A stretch of DNA of 59,486 bases, filler included, from Pirum gemmata (GCA_002812295.1; 10 parts of 10 records of this genome joined end to end with filler, not necessarily neighbours in it), one strand, 5' to 3'. Shown: positions 1 to 12,280, counted from the first letter of the whole stretch. Translations and numbers: made by a program. The notes: generated from the letters alone by a model not told the origin.

Positions 1-382
1 AATTTTTAACTCAAAAAATTTTAAAAGAAAAATACATTAATTTTTAGGCCCGGAAAAAAGTAAGTAAAATTAAAAAAAATTAAAAAAAAAAAAAATTTTA
101 TTTGATATATTTAATTGACTCAACAATACCTTTCTATAGATATCAGGAACAATGTATTGGACAAGGTAGGGCAAAGTTTTATAATAGAGTGTGACAAAAT
201 AACTGAAAAGCACAATATTAAAAATAATAAAATAAAAAACAAAAAAAATTACCAACGTAAAGTCATAGTAATAGCTATCATAGACTACTCGAGCTAGAGC
301 TATCCATAGTAACTATCATAGCTACTAGACTACTATCATATCAGATAGCTAGCTAGCTAGACTACTACTAGAGCCTATCGAG

Positions 383-549
383 CCTTTCATCCGAATATTT
401 ATTTGGAGGGTTATAATATTTAAATTGACATTTTTAAATCAATACATAAATAATAAAATATACCAAATTAAATTAAATGGATTTATATTGTATTCATTTG
501 GAACTATTTATTGTATATTTTATGATGACAAAACAACTGAAAATCACTA
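383..549 (-). mobile_element. MITE family A copy, one TIR truncated
   Basis: Reverse complement of the ~185-bp element at 14363-14547. Confidence 0.8.
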
Positions 550-650
550 TAACTAGTATTGATAGTAAACCTAGCTAGCTGGCTCTACTATTAGCTAGTA
601 TCAGATAGTAAACAAATAGAAATAGACTATGATAGTAGTCTCTAAAATGA

Positions 651-803
651 CTCTCTATCGGTCAGAAAAATGGGCTCATATGAGCCCGGGGTGTGAGCTC
701 ATATGAGCCCACCCATTTTTTCCTTTTTTATTTGGTTTATTATTGAGAAAGTTACATAAATAGTGAAAAATGGGCTCATATGAGCCCGTCTGACCGATAG
801 AGA
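651..803. mobile_element. Small TIR element (MITE) with internal GGGCTCATATGAGCCC palindromes, possibly piggyBac-like
   Basis: Ends CTCTATCGGTCAGA...TCTGACCGATAGAG are inverted repeats; the 16-bp palindrome lies beside both TIRs, with a near-perfect third copy inside. No clear TSD. Confidence 0.65.
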
Positions 804-3250
804 AGCTACAGAGACTAGCTAGCTACTAGCTAGTCGACAATCATAATATATAAAACAGACTTGCTATCGATACCCTAAGCTAGCTAGAGCAGCTAGTAGC
901 TAATCGTCTTAGTAGTATACGTATTTAGTAGTATTTAATTAATTAAAATAGAAATGAAAAATCATCATTATAAAGCATAGCAGTATTGATATTTATAAAT
1001 GATAGTTCATTACATATGGTATTTATGATAATTATAGTACAATTAATAATTATGATAATAATATCACGGGGGAAGCAAAGAACCACCAGCTAGTTTAAAA
1101 AAGAGTTTTTAGTTAACGACTATCTGGTATATATGATTTAAAGATGATTTAGAAGAAGTGTCCGTATAATCGATCCTCTACTTCCTTCAGAGCTGGTAAG
1201 CGTGGCAATAACCAACTGGTATTATGATAGTACTATTGCTATTTGGGACCTATGGTAGTTTTTTAAAAAGCAACCCCTCAGGAAAATCAAAATATCAACT
1301 ACCACACTTTAAAAAATAATGGAGCAAATGAATCAATAAAAATGACTCAAAAATGACCTGAAAGAAAAATGGCCTTCTAGCAAAAATGACTTAAAAATTT
1401 AACAAATTATATTCTGTTTTTCACAACTATACCGTTATAATCAAACTATCAACTTACACATATACTTAATATAGTGAATTAGAATTAAATATTTACAACT
1501 TATACAGTTATAATCAAATCATCAACTTAAACATACTGTATATAGTATATTAGAATAAAGTTTTAAAACAAATTAATCAACAAAAATGTATCAAATAAGT
1601 TAATAATCAGATTATAATAATGTTAAACGGTATACTGTAAAAGTTCTGTAACCACTGTAAAATAATAATGTCACACTTCCTTTTTATTAGAGGAAAATGA
1701 TACAAATCATAGTCAAATCATACACTCATATTATGATACCTGGCCAGGATACCTGTTCAACTCCTGGTCATATCATAATAATACATTATACATATAGTGA
1801 TGTAATTATATAGACCCTCTACTAGTCTACAGTATATTATTGTAACTAGCAGTATGAATACTAGCTAGAGGGAGCGGGATCTGTTCGTACTTCGTAGTAA
1901 CCTATATATATATAAAGACAATATATTATTATACCCTGACACAGTCCTGACACCCTCTGACACCCTAGCTAGACCTGTAGGGTTAGTCTACATAGTCTAT
2001 ATCGATGTATAAAATATCAGATAATGTACCGTAGCTAGTAGCTAGCTAGTAACTAGTTTATCATAGAGTCATAGTCTCATCAAGACCTGCATCAAGACCG
2101 CAGATATTTCCATAATAAGACATAACTTCCAAAAAAAACCCAAAAGACCTTTTAAACTATATATGGCTTCTATATATGTTAAAAAGGTAATAGTCTGGTT
2201 AATATTTCCATATATTACTATGTGGGTTTTTTCGTAAAATGAACTCTCTGCCATGACCATGGTAGTAACTACTAGCTAGTAATATCTAGTACTAGCTAGC
2301 TAGTAGCTACAGACCTCTAGCTAGCTAGCTAGTAGTAGGCTAGCTAGAGCTACTAAGATACCTACTAGCTAGCACACCCGCCCGTTGATATATATGTAAA
2401 AACTCAACCCCCACCATATTAAAAATATATTATATACATATATTTTAACAATTTTATTTTTTAATAATAAAATAAAAACAATACATTAATTTATGATATT
2501 ATAGAATTTATTACTTGAATATCAATATTATCATTTTCGATGTTTCATATACATTACTCTTGTTAAAATGTTGTCATTATTATTTTCGATTGATATTATC
2601 TTTTCATTAATGTTATTATTACTATTGATATCACAGAATGTCTTTCAATATTCAGCCTGCTGTGATTTCAAGAAAGCATTTTGCTGTTTTGATTTTTCAG
2701 TGTTCAATTCATACTCAGCTACCAGTCTCCACAGAAGAATTCGGTTTTTCATCATTAGTCTTAATCTTAGAATCTTAGGTTTCAGAACCTACAATTGATT
2801 ATAACAAAACAGGAGTATAAACAGCCTAACAGTATATAAATAAAAAAAATATAGAAGAAAACCTCAAAGCAAACACTTTTAAAATGATAACAACCTCAGC
2901 AACGAATGGAAAAAAATAATCAAGAACAGGAGAGAATCAATACAAAAAAACTACCAAAATTTTTTAAAAAGTCACATGACTCACATATGGATAAAAGAGA
3001 AACCTAGACCTATCATATTGTTAAAAACAAAACAACTACAAAACACTTACAAAACAGTGGATTTCAAAAATAGTTTATGATATTAGTTAGCTCTACTACT
3101 AGCTAGCTAGTAGTAGTAGCCGATAGTAGCTATCAATAGCTAGCTAGCTATCCACTGATAGACAGTGATAGTAGCTTCTAGCAGTCTTCTAGCTCTAGCT
3201 AGGCAACTAGCTAGCTAGAGTAGCTAACTATGATACTGACAGACTCAGCT

Positions 3251-3486
3251 GGGAGATGCGTGAAAAACCATCGAATCGAGATTAGTTCGAAATTTTCGAA
3301 TTTTTTCGATTAAACTTTAAGTATTGACTCACAATTCACGGCCGCTTTAAAAAAAGAAAAACGCTTAGAAATTTCATAGGAAGACTTCAAAACTCGAAAA
3401 AAGAAAAGAATATTATTCAAAATTATCACTATTTATTATAATTAGGATCGAGCTGTTTGGTTCGATTATATTTTCCCGCATTTCCC
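3251..3486 (+). mobile_element. MITE family C (GGGAGATGCG...CGCATTTCCC)
   Basis: Terminal inverted repeats; a diverged inverted copy lies on another contig at 24003-24251. Confidence 0.75.
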
Positions 3487-3745
3487 AAGCCTACTGGCAA
3501 AAAAAAAAAAAAAAAAAAAAAAAAACTCAGACCAACAAGAACAACAAGAAGTGCCAAGAACAACGTGACGAAGTTTTTCCTACCAGGCTCGAATAATTTA
3601 GGTCTCCAATTTATATTCAGCTGTTTATATTTATATTAGTTCCACAGTTTGTTTACAATATTCTGAAGGATACTACTATCGATACTAGCTAGCTAGTCTA
3701 CTAGTAGAGCGTTTGCACGGTTGCACCCACATGACCCTGAGACCC

Positions 3746-3867
3746 CAGCGCTGCCAGTAGACTAGCACTACCAGTAGTCTGGGGTCAGCACTACCAGTTG
3801 TTTGGGGCAGCACTACCATTAGTCTGGGAGCAGCACTACCAGTCAGCAATACCAGTAGTTTGGGGGT
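3746..3867. repeat. Minisatellite, ~21-23-bp unit CAGCACTACCAGTAGTCTGGGG, about 5 degenerate copies
   Basis: Tandem units read directly. Confidence 0.75.
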
Positions 3868-4189
3868 AGACTCTCTAGTTACAGTAGATAGCTATGGTGC
3901 ACTACATCTGTGCACTACATAATAATTATGATAGAGCTACTTCTAGAGGTAGAATTGCAAGAATTGTTAGAAAACAAGCTTTTCTATGATAGTAGCTATC
4001 ATATCATAGCTAGTATCTATATAGTATTACTTTAAATAAAGATAGATAGATACCACTGTAAAATTGGTAAGTTTGAACTTATAATATTAAATAGTCTATA
4101 AAAAAAAAAAAATGTGAGGGAGAGGTGTTGTGTGTATTTTCCCAGGAGCCCAGGTTGCGTCACTATTTTAAGTAGCCAGCTAGTCCACT

Positions 4190-4637
4190 GTAACCCTAAC
4201 CCTAACTAACTATTTTAAGTAGCCAGCTAGTCCACTGTAACCCTAACCCTAACTAACCCCTAATTCTAACCCTAATCCTTATCCTAACCCTGACTAACCC
4301 TAACTAACCCTAACCCTAATTCTAACCCTAATGCTTATCCTAACCCTAACCCTAACTAACCCTAACCCTAATTCTAACCCTAATGCTTATCCTAACCCTA
4401 ACCCTAACCCTAACCCTAACCCTAACCCTAACCCTAACCCTAACCCTAACCCTAACCCTAACCCTAACCCTAACCCTAACCCTAACCCTAACNNNNNNNN
4501 NNNNNNNNNNNNNNNNNNNNNNNNNNNNNNNNNNNNNNNNNNNNNNCCTAACCCTAACCCTAACCCTAACCCTAACCCTAACCCTAACCCTAACCCTAAC
4601 CCTAACCCTAACCCTAACCCTAATTACCCTAACCCTG
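4190..4637 (+). repeat. Interstitial telomeric array (CCCTAA)n with degenerate left part and internal N gap
   Basis: Long CCCTAA run flanked by non-telomeric DNA on both sides; explains the spurious NP/LT-repeat ORFs. Confidence 0.95.
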
Positions 4638-5772
4638 AGTCAGGTCCCCAGCCAAACCCCCAACTCAAATTACTCGACAAAAATTCGACAAATTTGAAAA
4701 ATAAAAAAAAACATACTCTCCTCTCTCACAGGGGTAGTTTAAAGCGATATTACTGTATATGGAAAAGTCGTATTTAACAACCCTGAACTGTGTAAGTGTA
4801 GTCTGTGTAGATGGCAGAATAGCTCTAGCTAGCCAGTAGCTACTAGCTAGAGAGTAGACTGTATTTATACAACTCTCTGCTGTAGCTACTACTAGCTAGA
4901 CCCCCGGTTTACTATCTATTTTTTTTTTTTTTTTTAAATATTTATTTACTTAGACCGGTCTATAACATATATATTTCAATTAAAAGAGTAGTCGATGGAC
5001 TAAAGAAAAAGCTGGTATGGAATAAGGAGTAGAAGGAATACCAATTAAATATAATTGTCCACGAAATGCTAAAGTGTTTAATATCACTATTAAACGATAT
5101 TTTATGTTAAAAACATTTTAAAAAAACTTTCCAGTAACCTTTTTCATTTGTTTTTCATTCTGTGTTTTTTTTTCTAGCTAGAGTCTGCTAGACCCTGTCT
5201 AGAGCTAGCTAGAGACAGATAGAGGTCTAGCTAGACTACTCTAGCTAGCTAGCTAGCAGAAGTAGCGACTAGCTAGACTAGCTAGAGTATGAGAGCTAGC
5301 TACAGTGTAGCTATGGTGCAAACTAGCTAGCTCTAGCTAGAAAACGTTCGAATATTTCAAATCTATTTAATAAATATTACAACACTTATGTTCGAAAACT
5401 GAAATTGTAGTTTTTAGAACTGTTTTTAAAATAGCTTGTTTGTACTACCTAGCTAGCTAGCTAGCTAGTAGTCTATTAGAAGGTTTTTCAGTCAATTCAG
5501 TGCCTAGCTAGCTAGACTGAACTAGCTAGCTAGCTAGTGCTAGTAGTAGCTCTAATAATAGAATTCAGTCTTAGCTCTACCAGAGTCTACCTAGCTAGCT
5601 AGAGCTAGAGTCTAGCTAGCTAGTTTTTTAGCTTCTTTCTTTTTAGATTTCACAACTAGCTAGCTATAGGAGGGTTGAGATGACGTCATCTTACCAATTG
5701 GATGCTCAGACCGGCGAACTTCCAGAAATTTGCCTAAAGTTACTATAAATAGTATAATAAACTCTTTTTAAA

Positions 5773-5872
5773 NNNNNNNNNNNNNNNNNNNNNNNNNNNN
5801 NNNNNNNNNNNNNNNNTTAATTAATTAANNNNNNNNNNNNNNNNNNNNNNNNNNNNNNNNNNNNNNNNNNNN
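5773..5872. other. Artificial contig-joining linker (44N-TTAATTAATTAA-44N). Identical linkers at 11657-11756, 17534-17633, 23416-23515, 29255-29354, 36249-36348, 42100-42199, 47817-47916, 53682-53781
   Basis: Identical 100-bp structure every ~5.7-7 kb; TTAATTAATTAA gives stops in all six frames, a standard concatenation spacer. Confidence 0.97.
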
Positions 5873-6689
5873 TAATTAATTAATTAATTATTTATTTAAT
5901 TTTGATTTAATTTCATTTAATTGAAGTTTATTTTATTTTATTTTATTTAATTAAATTCAATTCAATTTAATTTAATTTAATTTAATTTAATTTAATTTAA
6001 TTTAATTTAATTTAATTCAATTTTTAATTTAATTTAATTTGATATAATTTAATTTAATAAAATTGCAACGTTATTAATGGTTTTTTGAATGGTTTGGTTT
6101 GGTTACTTTTAGGTGCTATTGAAGCTGGAATAACTGGTGATGCTATTTCTGATTTATGTGGTAAGACTTTGGCTGGGTATAAAGGATAAGGGGGGGTAGA
6201 GTAATGGTATTGGCTGGTTCATTTATAATAGTTAAACTTACCTGTATCAATTATTAATACTAAACAATTTTGAATAACAAATTAACAAAACAAATTAACA
6301 AAACAAACTGTCAAAAAGAATGAAACCACTATAACTGTACAGAAATTACCAACTCAAAAAATACAAATGCTCAATTGCAATTTAATTGAATCAAAATAAA
6401 ATTCTAAACAATAAAAATAAATAAATAAACTAATAATCACTAGTAATGACATCATAATAAGTATTTTAAGTGTACATTTTAAAGGTTAGATGGTACTACT
6501 TTAATATGTTCAACTACTCTAGAGCCAGTTATAACACCAAAAGCAAAAAAAAAAGGAAATACTAAGATTTTTATTTTTCTAAAAAATAAAAATAAGATTG
6601 GGACTTGGTGAAAACCAAACAATAAGTGTAGCTGATAACTAATCATCCTAACCTCTGACCTCAATCTCAGCCGTTACCCCTATAACCTC

Positions 6690-6842
6690 TAATCCTAACA
6701 TTAACCTCTATCCTGTAAACTTTAACCTGTAACCTGTAACCCTAAACCTAACCTCTAACCATAACCCTAACCCTAACGTTAACTCTATAGTCTGTACCCC
6801 AAATTCTTATCTTTAACAAGCTTAACGCTAATGCTAACCCAG
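6690..6842 (+). repeat. Degenerate CCCTAA-like tract
   Basis: 6-bp periodic CCTAAC variants with a few perfect units. Confidence 0.6.
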
Positions 6843-7282
6843 CCAAGATCAACTTTAACTTTAATCATTAATCGTAATAATAAATCAATAATCATTCATA
6901 TGTGTAAACATGTATACGAAATAAGGATATAATTTGTAATTATAACTCAATAATATATATACGCTGCCAACAGGTTCCCCATACCAAACTTATGATTTGA
7001 AGCAATCGAAGTCTGACTGTAATTATTATTATTATTATTATTACTATTATTATTATTATTATTATTATTATTCTTATTTACATTTTTTTTAACTATTTTC
7101 TTCAAAATTTAATGCTACTCTTTATTCAAATTAATTATTAGAAATTAATTATTAAATGTTTTTAGTTTAATACTTTTTGGAATTTGCGTATTTATTTATT
7201 TTTTTGCCTGTTTTTTCAAAAATATATATATATTATATATGTATATCTTTTATTTTGAAATAACAAAGCAGGAACACAGACA

Positions 7283-9397
7283 ATGACGCGAATGCGAACG
7301 CAAACATGTATTATCGGTAATGCAAATTCCGATATAAGCCATAACAGTATCAACCACATCCAAAACCACAACCACAGCAACAGCGTTAGCAATAACATAA
7401 TCAACAACGTTAAGAATAATGACAGCGTTAGACCCAATGCTCAATCAAAACTTTTATTGAGGAATCAACGTACCGCCATTGTGTCGGAAAGTAAGAATGA
7501 AAAACACACATTTGCGTCAACCCAACCTCCTGTAGTTCCAAGACCCAGGGCTGTTACTCTGGCGCCTAGATCTAGTACACCAGTTCCCACCGCAACACCA
7601 AAAAAGTTTCGCTTGAATCCAGTCACCACCAACCCAGTTAACAACAGCAACAACAACAGCTACAGCCATTTAAACGAAAAACGCACTTCTACAGGAAAAC
7701 TTAAAACTAAAAAGGGAAGTCGCATTAGTGTGTTATCGTTTTTTCCAGGTGTAAAAACTAAAAAAGATAGAAAAACCGAAGAAGAAGAAGATGTAATCAA
7801 ACATGGGATTTCTTTTGATTCAACAACACAACTTTGTTTACAAACTGATGCCCATTATGCGATGTATGGCACTGTAAAGAACAAAAATATTGCTGTCAAC
7901 CGTGGTGGTCAATTAAGAGGTACCAGTCATGAAGTTAAACGGGAATACAAAAGTATTCCGCATTTTAATGATTGTAGTACTATCGATATAAGTTCGAATA
8001 ATTATAATTACAACAATGATGACCGTGAAAATATTTACTTACGTCATAGTGATTCCTTAGGCTTCTTAAAAGATATAGCGGATGGTAATAATAATAGAAG
8101 TAACGTTGATGTTTATGAAACTAGTTACGTTGATGTTGATCAGTTAAGTTTAGCAGTTAGAAAAAGATTGAAAGCCCCTTCCATACTGTACGAGGATGTA
8201 GATGGTATGCGCTTTGTCCAAGAAGAAAATTGTATATATGTCGTACCCAAAGATATAGTGGCTGATAGTGATGACGATAATGATGATGATGATGATTCCA
8301 ATATTAATAACGCCAAAAACAAGCAGGATAGTAGTAATGCTTGTAGTAGTATTAGTAGTATAAGTAGTAGTAGTAATGATGATGGTACGTATTTTGATAC
8401 TTATTTTGATGGTGGTAATATGCATAACTTGCCCTCTCATGTATTAACGATGTTGGAAAATATACACTTAAATCAAAATAGTAGTAATGGTTCGACTGCA
8501 ATTCCTTACGAAAAAAGTCAACCATTGAAACGTAATAAGTCAACTTATTATGTGATTAAAGGTAAACCACCCTTAAAGTCGAGAATTGCTAGTAAGAGTG
8601 ATGATGGTAATATTATAATTGGCAGGCAAAATAACAAATGTATCGATAATAATAGTAATAACAGCAATAATAATATAAAGGATAATAATAATAATAATAA
8701 TAATTCTAGTAGTAGTAGTAGTGTTAGTATCAGTAGTAGTAATACCGATGGCTACAACGGTAATAACAATGTCAATAATAATAATGATAATGATAAATCT
8801 CTCTCTCGAAATTGTTCAGTCACATCTAGTGTATCTAATAACACAGCAAATTTTGAAGATTATTGTTTAGTAGAACAAGACGAAGATAATAACATTGACA
8901 AACCAAAAAGAAAAACCAGCGATGATGTATATATTAATAATGATACATTAGAAAAGATAAAAGATAGTATATTAACTAAAAGTAAGAAAGAGGATAGACT
9001 TAATGACGAGTGCAGGAAAAATTTTGATTCTACGGATTATTATAACCATATTATGGGTAGGATACAAAAGGATAAAGTAAATAAAAAAAAGAGTATTAGT
9101 AGTGTGGAATCTTTAATGGTTGAAACCATGGACTTGTTGGTAACTATAGATGGTTCAGCAGAAGAAAAAAAGAAAACCAAAAGAATATACAAAGAAAAAA
9201 GTTTAGAACAAGCCGGGCATAATAATAATAATAGTAATAATAATAGTAATAACAATAACAATAATAATGATAATGATAATGATAATGGGAATGGGAATGG
9301 TAGGGTTTTTGCACCAACTGGTGATGCAGAGGTAGACAGTTTGTATCAGCAAACCGTTGAACAAATAAGGAAAATGAGGTTAATGACTGTTGATTGA
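7283..9397 (+). CDS. 704-aa low-complexity (N/S/D-rich), probably disordered protein with many acidic Tyr motifs
   Basis: 2.1-kb uninterrupted ORF in AT-rich DNA with AT-rich flanks; motifs ENIYLRH, DVYETSYVDV, LYEDVD, IYVVP, DVYINN. No globular domain recognised; start could lie in an upstream exon. Confidence 0.85.
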   Translation: MTRMRTQTCIIGNANSDISHNSINHIQNHNHSNSVSNNIINNVKNNDSVRPNAQSKLLLRNQRTAIVSESKNEKHTFASTQPPVVPRPRAVTLAPRSSTPVPTATPKKFRLNPVTTNPVNNSNNNSYSHLNEKRTSTGKLKTKKGSRISVLSFFPGVKTKKDRKTEEEEDVIKHGISFDSTTQLCLQTDAHYAMYGTVKNKNIAVNRGGQLRGTSHEVKREYKSIPHFNDCSTIDISSNNYNYNNDDRENIYLRHSDSLGFLKDIADGNNNRSNVDVYETSYVDVDQLSLAVRKRLKAPSILYEDVDGMRFVQEENCIYVVPKDIVADSDDDNDDDDDSNINNAKNKQDSSNACSSISSISSSSNDDGTYFDTYFDGGNMHNLPSHVLTMLENIHLNQNSSNGSTAIPYEKSQPLKRNKSTYYVIKGKPPLKSRIASKSDDGNIIIGRQNNKCIDNNSNNSNNNIKDNNNNNNNSSSSSSVSISSSNTDGYNGNNNVNNNNDNDKSLSRNCSVTSSVSNNTANFEDYCLVEQDEDNNIDKPKRKTSDDVYINNDTLEKIKDSILTKSKKEDRLNDECRKNFDSTDYYNHIMGRIQKDKVNKKKSISSVESLMVETMDLLVTIDGSAEEKKKTKRIYKEKSLEQAGHNNNNSNNNSNNNNNNNDNDNDNGNGNGRVFAPTGDAEVDSLYQQTVEQIRKMRLMTVD

Positions 9398-9740
9398 AAT
9401 AAAAATGTAATAAATATAATAAATTTAACTATATATATCGTCTTTTATATTTATATTTTTTAATTAAAAAAATATATTATATTAATAAATATTGCTCTTT
9501 TTTATTTTATTGTAATTAGTAAATTAAATATAAAATTTGTTTAATTTCAAATATTATTTTAGAAAATAATAATATCATAAATATAATAAATTTGACTATA
9601 ATATAATATTGTATTAATTGTCTTTTAATAATTATATTAAAATTTTTTAATTAAAAAAAATATTATAAATATTGTTCTTTTTTATTTCATTATAATTAGT
9701 AAATTAAATATAAAATTTGTTTAATTTTCAAATTGTCAAA

Positions 9741-9945
9741 ATCTAAATATTTCCTTGCATCTTCACCTCCCTCCTCAATTGTTTACAAAACCAATAGAAT
9801 AACCATAAAATGCATTGGGAACGAGGAAGCTATCAACGATTTTTCGGGGAGTTCCCCCATGTTAAACGCGTTAAACATGTTTTAATTAAAATGCCTTTTA
9901 AATTTGAAGGGCATTAAAACCTAATCGATTATAATGTGCTCGTGT
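9741..9945 (-). pseudogene. Degenerate partial duplicate of the 3' coding end of the adjacent patatin-like gene
   Basis: Aligns by eye to 10058-10251 (ATCTAAATATTTCCTTGCATCTTCACC...CATAAAATGCATTGGGAACGAGGAAGC...GATTATAATGTGCTCG) with indels. Confidence 0.85.
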
Positions 9946-10013
9946 AATAAGGCTTTTTTAAATAAATGAATAAATTAAATTTTTAATTTAACATGTGTAT
10001 ATTAAATATAAAA

Positions 10014-11339
10014 TTAATTTCCAAAGATTAACCTTTTTTCAATATAGTCAAAATGATCATCTAAATATTTCCTTGCATCTTCACCGCCTTGCTCAATTAT
10101 TTGTTTATCTTTAAACAAAACCAATGGATTAACCATAAAATGCATTGGGAACGAGGAAGCGATCAACGATTCATCGGGGAGTTCCCCCATATTAAACGCG
10201 TTAAAGGCTTTTTGAATGGCATTAAAACCCAAAGGATTATAATGTGCTCGAATACTCAAACTCTCATCACAACAAGTTATCATTCTTTCGTTTAAACCCG
10301 CGTCCACACCAAAGGTATTACCAACTTTGGCAGGCTTGTAAGCAAAAGGAAAAATGCAAATACTCGCTAACAAAATTTCTTTAAATTGAGCATAACTTTC
10401 AAATTGAGAAACATATTGTTCTTTGAAACTAGGAACTTTACGAAAACTCAAAGTAACTTTCCCCGAACATAATTCATGAGCGTTAGGAGGTAGGACTTCA
10501 TCAAGTAACGACCCGATCAAATCATTACTTTTAGGCAGGGCTTTAAGGATTCCTTCAGTTTCCATAAATTGAAGTGCTTTAGACCATAACATGTTCCATT
10601 TTTCATCGAATTCTTCGACAGATTCGGAACAAAAAAATAACGCAGCCGTCAACCCAGACGCTGACGTAGTGGTAAATGTGATCTGATCATTATTGAATCG
10701 TGTTTTCAGCTCTCTAAATACTCCAATAAACCATAAGACTAAAGTTCCTCCTCCACCAACGCAAAAATGGACGGTGTGCTTTTTTTCACCTAGAGTACAT
10801 ACATGATCATGAGTAATAACAGTTTCATTCTTATTACTACTATTACTATTATTATTATTTTCATTATTATTATTATTATTATTATTTTTGTCATTATCAT
10901 TATTACTATTATTATTATTATCACTATTGATATTATTATTTATATCATTCTTTTTGGAATCATTGATATTAGTATCGGTATTACCATTATTATCACTATT
11001 ATTATTGGTATTATTGCTGAAAAACTTTGGATTAAGAATTTGAGTTTTAACTAACATACCGGTAAAATCTAATGTAATTAACCAGGCTATTAAAGTGGTG
11101 ACAAGTATATGTAAGTTTTCAATAGTTTGTGTTATCATTTGTTGAAATAAAGAAGCATCCTGAATACTTATTGTTTTTTTATGATTAGGAAATTGTAAGG
11201 AATTGTGGTCAAAGTCGATGACATCGGCCATAGTGTAGAATTGACTACTGTGTTTCTTGTAGTTACTAGTACTAGTACTCTTAAGCTTGTTGTTCTTTCT
11301 ACTTCGAGAAACAGAATTGTTAGATAGTGGCTTAATCAT
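10014..11339 (-). CDS. Patatin-like phospholipase (PNPLA/ATGL-like), 441 aa, with N-terminal hydrophobic segment and Asn-rich linker
   Basis: Gly-rich oxyanion loop FCVGGGGT..WFIGV, nucleophile elbow TTSASG, LPPNAHELCSGK..S and EILLAS.C.FPF segments typical of PNPLA, catalytic Asp motif VDAG. Confidence 0.88.
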   Translation of the reverse strand: MIKPLSNNSVSRSRKNNKLKSTSTSNYKKHSSQFYTMADVIDFDHNSLQFPNHKKTISIQDASLFQQMITQTIENLHILVTTLIAWLITLDFTGMLVKTQILNPKFFSNNTNNNSDNNGNTDTNINDSKKNDINNNINSDNNNNSNNDNDKNNNNNNNNENNNNSNSSNKNETVITHDHVCTLGEKKHTVHFCVGGGGTLVLWFIGVFRELKTRFNNDQITFTTTSASGLTAALFFCSESVEEFDEKWNMLWSKALQFMETEGILKALPKSNDLIGSLLDEVLPPNAHELCSGKVTLSFRKVPSFKEQYVSQFESYAQFKEILLASICIFPFAYKPAKVGNTFGVDAGLNERMITCCDESLSIRAHYNPLGFNAIQKAFNAFNMGELPDESLIASSFPMHFMVNPLVLFKDKQIIEQGGEDARKYLDDHFDYIEKRLIFGN

Positions 11340-11856
11340 TATTATATATTGTTGTTATTATAATTTTGTTATTGGTCAAATTTTATTAATAATTAAATTA
11401 TACTACTTTTTAATAATGCTAATTAATTTTAATTATAATACATAATTATTAATTATAATCTTAAAATCTTCTATCACTTTATAATATTAAAACTAATTTG
11501 TATTGGTAGATATAATACGATAATTGACAATGAAAAAGAAAAATTAATGATAGTATGTTATTATTAAAATTAATTTTATTAATAATAAAGAAAAATTAAT
11601 TAATATTATATAATATATTAATAACTGATTAAAAATAAAAATTCGATTATAAATCCNNNNNNNNNNNNNNNNNNNNNNNNNNNNNNNNNNNNNNNNNNNN
11701 TTAATTAATTAANNNNNNNNNNNNNNNNNNNNNNNNNNNNNNNNNNNNNNNNNNNNAAAAATTCCCAAACAAAAATATTTCGAGCGAGCTTAAACAAATG
11801 AACAAAAAAAAAAGGTTCGATATGATACAAAAAATATCGATTTTTATGTATACATA

Positions 11857-11979
11857 GGGAGCGTTCAAATAATACGTCACGTCAAGGTGTAGGTAAATAG
11901 GCGGTATTTGACCGTAAATTATCGTCGAGGGCTAGGTAGGGAGGGGGTATTTGAAGCTGTATTTGACCGGAAATTGGCC
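11857..11979 (+). mobile_element. MITE family B (PIF/Harbinger-like) copy
   Basis: Starts GGGAGCGTTCAAATAATACGTCACG; matches 13955-14108, 21514-21611(-), 22452-22630, 55397-55490. Confidence 0.75.
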
Positions 11980-12099
11980 CATATATCATAATTAACGAGC
12001 GAAATGCCTTATTATTTTTTCACCAATCAATGTTTTGTAAAGTCCAAAAAATTCCAAAAAAAATATTTTCCACGCATGTTATTCGTTTATTCAGTAAGC

Positions 12100-12280
12100 G
12101 CTCTCCGTTTAAAAATCGAGATTTCGAGTCTATATAAGTTCGAAATGTTCAAGATTAAAATTAAGTATTCAAATATAATTATTTATTAATAAACCCGAAA
12201 AATATGAAAAAAAAATTTTTTTTGAACGGAGCTGAATTTTGGCTTTTTTTGACATCAGAAATTCGAGTTTTCGGGTTTGA
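12100..12280 (-). repeat. Dispersed repeat family D (probable DNA transposon relic)
   Basis: Reverse complement of ~18040-18246 and ~43388-43582 (shared AAGCCAAAATTCAGC.CCGTTC, TTTTCGGGTTTAT). Confidence 0.7.

Noticed and set aside
4331..4777. NP-repeat and LT-repeat ORFs
   Set aside because: Translation of (CCCTAA)n across an N gap.
6060..6245. Possible Pro-rich minus-strand exon (PAKVLPHKSEIASPVIPASIAPK); similar candidate at ~2600-2790
   Set aside because: Short, no recognisable homology and no consistent splice model.
7216..11054. Short ORFs antisense to or overlapping the real genes
   Set aside because: Shadow frames of low-complexity coding sequence.
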